From: Phoronis australis
Lineage: Eukaryota; Animalia; Phoronida
Length of the DNA stretch: 64,000 bases
Reading direction: 5' to 3'
Assembly (NCBI GenBank): GCA_002633005.1
Contig: NMRA01000046.1
Location: forward strand, 618,801 to 682,800
Positions within the stretch are counted from its first letter, which is position 1, and every line of letters begins with the position of its first letter. Of the stretch, positions 36,678-49,000 are shown one piece after another. A program made the translations under genes and the position numbers. The notes under the pieces were generated by a model. That model was given only the letters and a program-made list of their open reading frames with translations. It made no database searches and was not told where the DNA came from.

Positions 36678-38700
36678 CAAAGCCTCCACTGTTAGTCATT
36701 GATGTAGCTACCATTAGAGTGCATGCAAGGAACATCCTAAAAAATCAATGGAACAACTGTAACACGTGGTGAACAAATGAAACACATCTGCTCCAACCTA
36801 CAGTTAGATGCCTAACACAGTATGCATAGAGCAAAAAGAACAAACAAGTCTTCCATGCCGATGCTTCTTCTGAAAACAAAACTTAATGGTGAAATCCAGA
36901 TGAAGCAAGCCATATGAACACTTGGACGTCACTCTTAACATTAAACCAATTTATGTGAAGAACAATTGGTTAAATAACTTAATGTACCAGGAAGTAATGC
37001 CTAAAATATACAAGTGTAAATCAAAGATAATAAAACCGCACCTAACAGTCCGTTGGCCCAAACTTGGCAATATTTATATTTATAATTACAAAACTAGCTA
37101 GACGTCATACACACTCTGTTTCTGCACAGTATTCTTCTTAGAGGAATTTTGGTAAAATTGAATTATGAATGATGTCTTTGTGTTAAGCCCCAATAAATTG
37201 TCTCCAATTTCAGACAAATATAATTACTTGTATTATCATACATCAAGCTACAGGTAAATAGGTGAATTAAGAAATAGCTGCACCATACTGAAATTCACTA
37301 TCGTGCCAGATGGCAATTAGGTCTTTGGTGGACAGATCCCATGTAATGCAGACGGGAGGTTTCAAACTAAACAGCGTTTTAACACCTTTACTGCTATCTT
37401 AATGACACCAAATTTCCAGTACTGTGCGGAGGGAAACATGCCTTGCGGAAAACAGGCAAACCTTTTGAAATATCAATAGATGAACAAGGACATCGTGTTC
37501 CATATACTTCCCACTGCAAAGAATCCGCGTTAAGCCACTATCTGCAGATCAAAAACCTAAAATAAATTACTTTGTTTAAGATTTTCTCGACTGCATTTAC
37601 TAAGTTCAACCTTTCAATGCCGGCAAAGTTTTGCTGCTGTGATATAGCAGAAAGTTGAATTAACTTGACAAGTATCCGTTGATGCGACATTTTCGAAGAT
37701 GATTACTAGAATATATATCACCCCAACATTTCTAAAACAAGGCCAATATAACAACGCCTTTTTCTACCTCTTGGACAAAGAAGACTTCTATCTAGGACCA
37801 CCCTATAACTAGATGGATAAAATTACAAATCAACTGTCAACTTTTCAATTAAACCTAATTGGTAAAATTGCTCTTTTTCATTAAATTTCCTAACTTGGTG
37901 CACTGCAACTAGTAAATGTCTTTTATGATAAACATGAAAAAACAAAATTTCAGTTATTCATTAAATTGTGTTTGGTGCGATTCTGTAATAATTAACTCAA
38001 CTTTCATGTCTCCTGTTGGCTCAGTAACATCTTCATTTATTCTTGTAACCTTACTTGTGAACAATTTCAAAATTATACACCCAAATACACTCCATCTGGT
38101 AGAGTGCCTTCAACATTAAAGGTGTTTTCAAAAATATTGATTTTCTTCTTTTACTTATAGATGGTTTACACAGGTTTTAAGAAAATTTTCAAAATGGAAC
38201 CAACCCCTTAACACCTGCTCCTCGTGTGTGCTTTTTTTAAGAACATGCAAGATGATGCAGGACTGGCTAAGAGAAGCACCAACCTTCACGACTGTCATTA
38301 AATCAGCCCAACATCAGCTTTTCTGAATCATTAAACTCAAATCTGTTTTCACATAACATGACTACTGAACCCACAGCAAGTATCCGAAGAATCATGTTCC
38401 TTTCAACCTTGAAACAAGAGCAACGTGTAGTGCTGATATACACCTACTGTGTGCATCACATACAGCACCACTATACAATTTCCCAACAGAGGGGATAATA
38501 CCAGCAAAAACGGAAAATACCATGGGAAAGCCCGTTGAAAACTCTATCTAACAAAGCACTTTCGCAAAATTTCGTTTAATTTTCGAAAAAATGCAAAATT
38601 TGAAAATTTTCGAAAATTAAACGGGGCTACCGGTTGTGAGTAAATTTCGTGGGAATCGGACGAAAAATGCGACCTGTAAAATGCGAACAAAAAAAACATT

Positions 38701-38995
38701 GACCCCGATAAAACCGGCAAGCATGCTAATCATTCAAGTATTAGGCAATTGCACGTTAGCGCGTGGCTAACAAAGGCTCACACGATTCGCCAGAAGCCCA
38801 TCTACAACATTACTTCCTTTCCTACGGAACAGGCGTGCCACCAGGAAGGTGAACACCAGGTTGTCTCGCATACAGGTCATCAACTTCCCATAGTACCTTT
38901 ACCACCACAATACAGGTGAACACAAGGTTGTCTCGACACAGGTCCTGGACTCGTGGAACTTTTATCATCATTAGACATAACAACCATGCGCGCTG
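38701..38995 (-). mobile_element. Partial copy of the tRNA-LTR TRIM (truncated 3' LTR, PPT, interior)
   Basis: Colinear with 1615-1900, including CATCTACAACA|TTACTTCCTTTCCT and the two internal repeats. Confidence 0.8.
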
Positions 38996-40125
38996 GCAGT
39001 GCTTCATTGGTAGATCATCCATTTGCCGCATGTCGACTATGTCATTTGCAGTGTTCTCCAAAATACCAATTCCAAACTCGATGCCAGTTTCTAGAGTTCA
39101 ATATCAGTGGTCAACATTGTCTTTTCTCTAATCTATAGCCTTAACATCTCCACTGGAGGTATTCATATATGTTTCAAAAATGTACACTGAACTGGTAAGT
39201 TGTGACCTACTTTTTGACACTTTGTGCGCAACATACCTGTCACTTGTCATCGCAGACATCAGTCTTCGGGAACTATCCATGAAACTAATTTCAGAAAGTT
39301 TCTAATGCCGTAAAAACTGGTGCGTTATTTTTAAGAGAGATTGCTTTATTAATCACTTGTTCAAAGTATTCATAACTGGTGTTTTTAAAGTAAAATATCT
39401 GATAAAATGCCCCACTGATAGTGGACACCTCCGCCCCCACACATCCAGACACCCAGCGACTTAATGACATTTGGCCTTAGGCCCTACCGAGACAATTCTC
39501 GTACGCTTTAATAGTAGATGTGATCAGCAAGTGCTGAATAAAACGCGTTCTTGTGATACTGCTCATGTTATTTCTTTAGTTACAATGCACACCTAAACCG
39601 TTACATTGCATTTACTCCGCTTATGACATTCACGCGCTCACTCACACACGTAGACGATCTTCAAAACAAAGGTCACCTGACTACGACATGTGTGTTCATC
39701 CAGAGATTTTTCTCATGTTGCTGGGGTACAATCTTCCGCAGATTTGAACCCATCTTGTTCTTAATACCGATGCCACAGGAACTTAAGAATCTTAGGGACG
39801 CTATTTGGAAAACTTAAGCGAGGGTTTCAGGTAATTTGTTGAGTCGAAACTATATTTTTTTTCAAGCTGCCCTGTCGACGATCGGGAGGCAGCAGCGCAT
39901 CGGCGAGGTTTAGCCGTGGGATTTCAGCACAATTTTCAGTAAAATGATCATAATTCAACAACGAAGTTTTATTGCAGTGCGCCAGTTTTGTAGAAAGTTA
40001 GTCATAGGCTACAGATACACCTCATAGCGTAAATTTGATGAATCCTAGCTTCCGATTTCATTGGAGACTGAGTTTCAACTGCCTTGGGTTACAATAAGTG
40101 CTTCCCCCCGAAACGAAATTTATTA

Positions 40126-42898
40126 CTCTGGAGTTCCGAATAGTAGTAGAGACAGCAATAATAGTATAGACTGGAAAATTTCACGATTTTTAATAATAGT
40201 AGAGACTCTAATAACAGTATAGACCCAACATTTTTGCCACTAGAAAAGTAGAATAATAGTATAGACCGGAAATTGTCGAAAAAAAATTAATAATAGTATA
40301 GAATGGAATAATGGTATAGACGGCAAATTTGTGGAAATTTAAACATAGTATAGACTGGAATAATAATATTGGTTACAAATTTAGGTAAAATCTGATAATG
40401 TTATAGAAGAGAATAATAATGCAAAACAGCAAATTCTTAGGAATAATGGTATAGACGGGAAATTTGTGGAAAATTAAAAATAATATAGACTGGAATAATA
40501 ACATTGATTACAAATTTGCGTAAAATGTAGTAACGGTAGATGGAAATAATAGGAAGTGCAAAATCTAATAATGATGTAGATGGGATTGGAATAATAATGC
40601 AAAGAAGCATNCTTAAGTAGAAACCACTTGCCAAACTTCATAAATATTAGGAACATGGTAGATACTGTGACATTGGTGCATAAATTTGACATTAGGAGAC
40701 GCCATAGTAGACAGATTGGTCCGAAAATCAATAACAGCCATGATCGCCACAAAAAACACATTTTTAAAATATCAAAAAGATACATCAATGAACTTGCTGG
40801 ATATTGAGGCAGGCGCAAGAAAAATGAAAGCGCCGAGAGGAGCGACACTTGGCGAAATTAACTGAAAAGACGACAATGGATAAGATGACGACGATGATTA
40901 TGATGATGATGGTGGCGTTTATGAACAATATGATCACATTCATGTGACGAACGAAGATGTCAGAAATGAGCAACAAATAGGCTATAGTCTTGTTCAATAT
41001 AGGGTAAACCAACAAAAATCAGTCAACAAAGGAACAGCGTTATCAGAAATCTCAAATAATTCAAAAAGTAGACATTCTAGCAAAAACGGAAAATACCATG
41101 TGAAAGCCCGTTGAAAACTCTATCTAACAAAGCACTTTCGCAAAATTTCGTTTAATTTTCGAAAATTTTTGCATTTTTTAAAAATTGAAAGTCAAATAAC
41201 TCAAAAATGGTAAGTTTGAGAAAAAAAGTGTTAGGGGTCATTTCAAAGAGTATATCTCAGAGAATCCACATGCAAAAATTCATGTCAATTTTTTTCCAGT
41301 TCAAAATGGCACCCCAGCACGACTGAAAATGGGTGAAACTGCGCCAGATCCGCCATCTTGAAATCAGCTTCCGGTTGAGTACCAAATACTATTAGCACCC
41401 CGTAAGAAACCAACACTAAAAATTGGTCCAATAATGCACTCTCTACAGGACAAAACATTTTAATCCCAAAATTGAGGCGCGCATGCGCAATAGCCAATAT
41501 ATCCGCCATCTTTGACCGGAAGTTAACGATATGCAGCAAATCAGTAGTACATGGCCACTGCTATAATCCTACACATTTTCAGCCATGTATGTCCAAAATT
41601 GCAGACTCTATCAGCATTTGAATCTGAAATTGGAAACAAAATGGCTACCATTTCCGCCATCTTATATCGGATCATGACGAAAAACCATAGGCTTCCAGAA
41701 CTTCCGGGGCTACCGGTTGTGAGTAAATTTCGTGGGAATCGGACGAAAAATGCGACCTGTAAAATGCGAACAAAAAAAAAACATTGACCCCGATAAAACC
41801 GGCAAGCATGCTAATCATTCAAGTATTAGGCAATTGCACGTAAGCGCGTGGCTAACAAAGGCTCACACGATTCGCCAGAAGCCCATCTACAACATTACTT
41901 CCTTTCCTACGGATCAGGCGTGCCACCAGGAAGGTGAACACCAGGTTGTCTCGCATACAGGTCATCAACTTCCCATAGTACCTTTACCACCACAATACAG
42001 GTGAACACAAGGTTGTCTCGACACATGTCCTGGACTCGTGGAACTTTTACCATCATTAGACATAACAACCATGCGCGCTAGCAGTGCTTCATTGGTAGAT
42101 CATCCATTTGCCGCATGTCGACTATGTCATTTGCAGTGTTCTCCAAAATACCAATTCCAAACTCGATGCCAGTTTCTAGAGTTCAATATCAGTGGTCAAC
42201 ATTGTCTTTTCTCTAATCTATAGCCTTAACATCTCCACTGGAGGTATTTATATATGTTTCAAAAATGTACACTGAACTGGTCAGTTGTGACCTACTTTTT
42301 GACACTTTGTGCGCAACATACCTGTCACTTGTCATCGCAGACANGGCCTATTTCTTTGAGCAGTCAGCCGTTAATATTAAGAGAAGTGGTAATCATTTCA
42401 TGCTTTTTAAATTTTGCCAACACTTTCTTAATTCTGACCGATCCCGTCGAACCCGTCCAAAATAACATTCTGGCCGTCCAACAGAAAGCCGTTGCTTAAA
42501 CCGTTGCTTGGGAGTCCGATTATTTTACGCTTTGAAACGTACAGTTGTACATTTTGGCGAATAAAATCTTTTAATGTGCATGACATGTGACTTCCGTGTG
42601 TAACGCGCAGTCGTATATAGCTCTTCTAAATTACGAAATCAGAACCTAGTGTCTCGTGGTCTAGAGGTTTAGAGCGAAGACACCACATTTTACGGCCAAG
42701 GTACGATACCTGGTGTCTATAGCTAAGTTTTGGAGTAACAAATTTGTAATGAATAGAACTTGCTGAAACAAATAATCGTGGAGAGTGGAAAAAAGTTAGA
42801 AAATTTATAAACGTAGAGACCCGAATAAGCATCGTATAGACCGGAAAACGAGTCTGAAAAAAATAATCGTATATATACGACTATTCGGAACTCGAGAG
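40126..42898. mobile_element. Tc1/mariner-like TIR pair with TA flanks and subterminal repeats; the interior crosses two assembly joins
   Basis: TA|CTCTGGAGTTCCGAATAGTAGTA... and ...TACGACTATTCGGAACTCGAGAG|TA. AATAATAGTATAGAC-like repeats at 40140-40590 and 42770-42875. Ns at 40611 and 42344. Confidence 0.55.
41786..42080 (-). mobile_element. Partial copy of the tRNA-LTR TRIM, within a segment duplicated from 38500-39258
   Basis: Nearly identical to 38701-38995. Confidence 0.8.
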
Positions 42899-43103
42899 TA
42901 AGCAACCCGGGCGCCTTATTACAGAGAATACGGTACTATTAACTGCCTCTAAGTAAAGTGAGCTATGTTTGATGTTGGTAAAATCAGGCTCTGATTAGAT
43001 GCTGAGGGCTGAAGTACCAAGGCGAGGCTTTTTTTAAACTTGACGCGCATTTCCCCAAACTTGACGCGGCAAAATCCAAACAGATCATGGAGAACACTGA
43101 TTT

Positions 43104-43272
43104 TGTAGTAATAGCTGAGATTAAACGACCCAGGAATCGAATCAGCAACCCCGATAAAACAGGTGAGCATGCTAACCATCTCAGCTATTAGGCAACAGAC
43201 CGTCACGATAGTGGTCAACAGAGTCAGAGCCTCTGACAGAGGCTCCTAATCAATGATTCACCGGAAGCACAA
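43104..43272 (-). mobile_element. Solo-LTR-like copy of the tRNA-LTR TRIM
   Basis: Begins TGTAGTAATAGCTGAGATT, like the LTR ends at 1573 and 1975. On the minus strand it has A box TAGCTGAGATGG and B box GATTCGATTCC. No PBS or PPT is adjacent. Confidence 0.7.
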
Positions 43273-43623
43273 CGTTTACTGGACAAATTGACAGAATTAT
43301 CTCAAGAGGAGGGTCGTTCTTGATATCTCATACAGTTTTCAACTGTTTGATGTTTTAACAGTGGTTAAAGTAGTTATACTCACTAAATGAACCCATGAAC
43401 TGATTAGCAGTTTATCTATCAAATTCCTCAAACACTGTTTTGTTGTGACCACAGAGCCCTCTTTTCCTTCAGGAAATGAGAAAAGCTTCGGCTATGTCCG
43501 ACTATTTCCGGTAGAACGATAAATATCCAAATGAATGCACCAGTAAAATAATTAAATTTATTCTTTTGTTCTCCAAATTTATGAAGAATTTAAATTGCAG
43601 AATGTATGGCCAATGTAATCTAG

Positions 43624-43730
43624 TATAAAAAGTTGACGTATAACAGCCGTGTCCCAGTTTCTTCCTTTTACTTCCGGTCTTGAGCCAGTGCGTGTCCCTC
43701 GTCAATCTACGGAAAATTCGGAGGATATTT
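43624..43730 (+). promoter_or_regulatory. Probable eEF1D promoter and non-coding first exon (TATA, pyrimidine/TOP-like start, ETS site)
   Basis: TATAAAA 43624-43630, pyrimidine tract TTTCTTCCTTTT 43658-43669, ACTTCCGG 43670-43677, donor GTATGT at 43731. The ATG exon has an acceptor at 46045-46047, so an upstream exon is required. Confidence 0.5.
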
Positions 43731-44032
43731 GTATGTTTTAAACACTTTAAGTTAGGGTATTTGGTGTGTTTTAGGTGAAATCATTTACTTTCATTTATTT
43801 TTCTTCTTTTCGCGTTGGAAATGTTTTGTCTCGTTTCACTTGACTAGTATCGTAACCAAATGTTTCCAGTTCCAAAATTAGTTTGCCACAAGAGTGCAGC
43901 ACCAGTTGCCAAAAGATCTAAAAGGAAATAGTGGATGACCTTCGGGTTATTATTTACAAGGGTTATTGTTTACAATCCGACTCCATTAACGTACATACTT
44001 GATACTACTATTTTCTGAATCAACGAGTCATG

Positions 44033-44958
44033 TAGGCAATGACCATCGCCTCTGTTGGCCCGAACCAGAGGCGATGTAGAGGCGCTCTGTACGCCGGAAG
44101 CTTTTCGGCGAATTATGCCTCGCACCGACTAAACCATCAAAGTCACGTTGTTATAACTACCTTTTGTGCATAGACGAACACCTTAGGAGGTTGTCGATGT
44201 GTTTAAGTCCTTCCAACTCGAACAAATACTCCCGTTATGAAACTTTTTCTTCGAGCAGTCCCTATTTCAGTTCCCAAAATCGTGAAATCAAAATTTTCAT
44301 TTTTTTTAACCAGGCCGAAGGTCAGAAGTTGCGATCCTACCGGCGAACTTTGAAAGCTGAAGTTCCCGCCCTTTGCGTACGTGCTGCCGGGAACCAGCCG
44401 TGCATATGCCGTGTTGTTAAACATTAAAATGTCAAATATGTGCACAAAGACTTTTAAATGTCATATCAACAGCATTTATTTTTATCAAATACAAACAATA
44501 ATTCATTGAAATACAAACAGTTTCAAGTAACGCCAGTTAAAGACAAGTATAAGTGGTGGCATTTTGGAAACGAACATTTGACTGACAAGACCGCAATGGC
44601 TCACCTTTGGCCTATTTAAAAATTATTGAGGTTATGAAGTCACATCACCTAGCGAGCGCGGTAAAAGTTGGAGCGTGCGTAGTACAAAAATTTTGATTTC
44701 ACGATTTGGGGAACTGAAATAGGGACTGATCGAAGAAAAAGTTTCATAACGGGAGTATTTGTTCGAGTTGGAAGGACTTAAACACATCGACAACCTCCTA
44801 AGGTGTTCCTCTATGCGCAAAAGGTATTTATAACAACGTGACTTTGATGGTTTAGTCGGTGCGAGGCATAATTCGCCGAAAAGCTTCCGGCGTACAGAGC
44901 GCCTATAGCCTCTACATCGCCTCTGGTTCGGGCGAACAGAGGCGATGGTCATTGCCTA
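44033..44958. mobile_element. Mutator (MULE)-like foldback element with ~265-bp TIRs and a 9-bp TSD
   Basis: CGAGTCATG|TAGGCAATGACCATCGCCTCTG...CAGAGGCGATGGTCATTGCCTA|CGAGTCATG. The TSD is at 44024-44032 and 44959-44967. A TIR fragment also occurs at ~60222-60260. Confidence 0.88.
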
Positions 44959-45134
44959 CGAGTCATGGTGATTCCAAAAATGTATTACTTGTACTGATTG
45001 GTCGATTATTATTCACAGTTTCCAAGTTTTTCCAAAGCGTTCATTTGCGACGCGGATTTAGTGAGGCAGCCATTTTTAAAAGTGCGACACCTTTCGGCAG
45101 GATTGATAACTAACGGTTAACCGCTAGATGTCAA

Positions 45135-45867
45135 GTGTTTTCGAGGACGACATTTGGCACGAGTCAGATATAATGGACCCTAACTTATTCCAAATAAATC
45201 CACTAAATATAGGACTAAATGAATGATTTTGGTATCGTTGCATTCCTCAGACATCTGGCTATCCGTACAAATCCTTTTCATGACCCTAAATTACTCAAGT
45301 CTATAACTATGCTATTCCGAACTCGGTCCACTTTAGCCACGCGCATTGTGAAATCGGCAGCCATTTCAGGGAACTTACTATATTTAGCGCCATCTATCGG
45401 CGATTTACTACAACACGCGCTTTTCCTTTTTCATCAGTCAACGTCATTGGTCGATTTCGTCAATTATTAACGTCATCATTATTAATCATCGTACGTCTGC
45501 TCTCGTCATCACCTTCGTCGTCTCTCTCTCACAATCGTATCTGTCATCGTCATGTTATCGTCGTCCATGTTGACTGATGAAAAAGGAACAACGCGTGTTG
45601 TAGCAAATCGCCGATAGATGGTGCTAGATATAGTATGTTCCCTGAAATGGCTGCCGATTTCACGATGCGCGTGGCTAAAGTGGACCGAATTCGGAATGGC
45701 GTAGTTATAGACTAGAGTAATTGAGGGTCATGAAAAGGATTTGTACGGATAGCCAGATGTCTGAGGAATGCAACGATACCAAAATCATTCATTTAGTGGA
45801 TTTATTTGAAATAAGTTGGGGTCCATTATATCCAACTAGTGCCTGACATTTGTCCGCGAGAACACTC
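45135..45867. mobile_element. Foldback element with ~300-bp inverted arms
   Basis: 45135-45440 is the reverse complement of 45572-45867 (e.g. TGGTATCGTTGCATTCCTCAGACATCTGGCTATCCGTACAAATCC). The spacer is ~130 bp and rich in TCA/TCG. No TSD was identified. Confidence 0.8.
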
Positions 45868-46054
45868 ACTCCCGTGTTTTTTCTAATGAAAAACCTACAG
45901 AACCAAAATAAGTGTCGGCCTTCACGTGTTATGTTGAACTCTGGTGAGCTTCATTCAACTTTGGAATGTTCAAGCTATTTCCTTAAAAGCTGTATACTAG
46001 CTTGCCACATGTTTAACTCATTGTTTGATAATGTGCTTACCCGGCAGGCTCAAC

Positions 46055-49000
46055 ATGGCTGCACCATCAATGCACGAGTCAATATGGTTTGACAGCTACA
46101 GAGTGGCTGATGCGGAGCGGATTTACCAAGAGAAGCTGGCTCAAGATCACAAAGGGCTGTCTGTGGAGGTGAGCTTGTCTGAGCAAGAACTGGATTTGTA
46201 GTGTCATTTTGTCCAAATGAGGCTCATGTGACCTGCTCTCCATTTCAGAGTTTTTTTGAAGATAAATTTTTGGTATGCATGTTCTTTGAAAGGTTCTTCT
46301 ATGAGCAATAAGGACTTGAGGTATCTTTTCCCTGTTGGAAACTACTGTTAGAAACTTGTTGCAGAATCATAACTTGCTGTCAAATACTTTTAGCATGGGT
46401 GTGAATTTGGTTGTCAACACGTGAAATTTGCATGATTATCGATGGTACGGGTATTGTGCTTGGCTGTCCACCTGTGCGGTTTGTACCTCTGCGGTTTGCT
46501 GTAAACAAGTTTGTAGCAGTTGGATTTGTAGAAAATGAGATGAGCAGCTCTCGTGTTTGTCATGTTTTTGTAGTTCTGGTCGATTAGTCCGTTTGAACTT
46601 GCTCCCAATTTTTTAGCCGTAGTCAACTGCTGACATGTCTAGAATAAGTTTACCTGCGGTTCAATACTGTCAAGTATTGTATTTTGTAGGGATCAAGCTC
46701 TCTTGTTAATGAAATACAAAAGACGCGGCAGTTTATTAAAAACTCACTCAACTCAACGCAAGTGAGTAATTGATGTTGTCACACCCACTACATAACTACT
46801 AGCTGAATGCTTAATGCTTTATGTTTTTATTAGCTTCATTTCAACTGGCACTGTGGGTTGCTATTTACAAAAGTATGAGTTGAAGGATTTCATGCGTTTA
46901 TATTTAGGATTTCAATACACTTCGATTTCCTCAGTTTACATGAATTTTCTGTTGTCTCTCTTTGTGAACTTTCTGTTTATTTTTTGATGATCATCTTGAG
47001 ATGTTGCGTACATTACAAATAGAAATATAAAACACTTGATTATTTCTTGGGCGGTCACTGGTCTGGTAAATAAGCCATGAAAATTACTTTTACAATTTTG
47101 TAATCAGACCTTCCTCCAACATATTGAAAAATGATAACGCTTCCCTATCGGCTCTACGGTCTGTAATTTAAATGTCTGACTGCTAATCTAGATATTTTAT
47201 AATTTTCTGGATTAGGAAATTCCCACACTGCTTATTCAGAAGTATCTATGATATCATAGAACTCAAAGCTGCTTCTTAACTCACATGCTCTTTGCACTTT
47301 CCTTCAAAATGGCATGGTCAATATTATAGACTCAATAATTTCCTGCTATGCCACTTATACAAATTGAACCATCCAGGGCACTGGTCTGGCGGTCGGGGTT
47401 GGTGTGGACACTAGCGAACTCTGTGGTCGCCTGGAAAGACTGGAGTCCGAGAACAAAGATCTACGTAGTCTCATAGCCAAGTTGGAGAACCGGGTTGCTG
47501 TTCTAGAGAAGAAGTCGAGTAGTGGAACGCCACCTGTTACTGCCGCACCTGCTGCTGCTGCTGTAAGTTTTTAATAGGCCAAATGTTTGTAGCTGCATGG
47601 GAAGCCTAATTAGTGCTTAAGATAACATGTTATATTTTTATTCTGTTTTGTGCTTTGCAGGTCTCACAATGTGTTGTTACCCTTTAGGTAACACTGAAAT
47701 GAACGTTGTAATTTGTTTGTGAACAACATTGGTATGGTAAACTTCACTGAACATACTTTAAAGAGTTTCAGTATTAAATGCATTGAGGTCAAAATTGAAG
47801 TGCTCACATGCAAGTCTTGTAGGATGTTTTTGAATTTTGCCATGTATCGAACTCACTAAATCTCAATTTTTAGCCACCTGCCAAACCCACTGTGAAAGAG
47901 GATGACGACGATGATGATGATGACTTTTTGAATTCTGATAATGATAGTGATGATGAAGAAGCGGAAAGAATCAAACAAGAACGTCTTGCTGCTTACAAGG
48001 CCAAGAAAGAAAAAAGTATGTCAAGTGAAGGATTCCTGCACCTGCATGTGTATTAGCCCCGCATGCCTGTATTTGATATAATGCATTTTTTTTTAAATTT
48101 GCCCAAGTGTCATGCACAAAGGTGAATATACTTGCATATGTGAATGTCTTAGTCTTGTTCTTTTTTGTGTCCTTTGTCCATTGTAGGCCGCTTAGTTTCC
48201 AACAAGATTTTCCTTGTTTGTCGATACTCTCAGAACAGCTTGACAGGCTTTGATGAAACTTGGCACAAGGTTTCAAGGCTCTGATGCACCACCACCTATC
48301 GATACCATAGCACTCCCTGTTGGTTGTTATGCTTGTGTCAAAACCACTTAACATATTGTAGGGAAAACTTAACACAAAGATACATGACGGGATGCACCTC
48401 TACCAGTCAATTTTCTCTCAGATTTGACTGCAGTAGCACCCCCTGAAGGCCATTATAGTTTTTGGTAGGGTTTTCCTTGTCGTCGATTATTGTGTAAGTG
48501 GATTGCCAAATGTTGATTGAACTTTAAGATAGCTTATCAGTATGCGCAGGCACTTGCTAATTTTTAAATAGATTACTGTAGCACCCTCTGTTGGCCATTT
48601 TGATTTTTGATATTGCCTGCCCCTTCATTATTGGTAAAACATAATGTAATCAAATTTGAAACAAAGACATATTGTTGGGATGTATGAGCACAGGACGTGT
48701 TTGACTTCCACAGCACCCCATATGGGCCATTTTCAGCAGACAAGAAGTTGCTTGTCCGTTGATTATTGGTATACCTTGGCTGGGGTGTAGCGTGACAGTT
48801 AATTTTCACCTTTTGTTATTTCAGTTCTAAATTGGTGTAGCTGTGTTAGGGCTGGTCCAGCAAAATCTGTGTGGGAAGGGGGGGGGAAGGCAACTGAAAT
48901 AAAAATTTATGGGTGGTTGCGTTTGATTTAAATTCAAAATGACTGGTGGTCGTACTTCAAAAAAATAAAAATTTACAGGTCGTTGTTGTTTCATTGGGCC

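Noticed and set aside
44164-44952. Two similar ORFs on opposite strands (EHLRRLSMCLSPSNSNKYSRYETF) as duplicated genes
   Set aside because: They are the two arms of the foldback element and show no recognisable protein motif.
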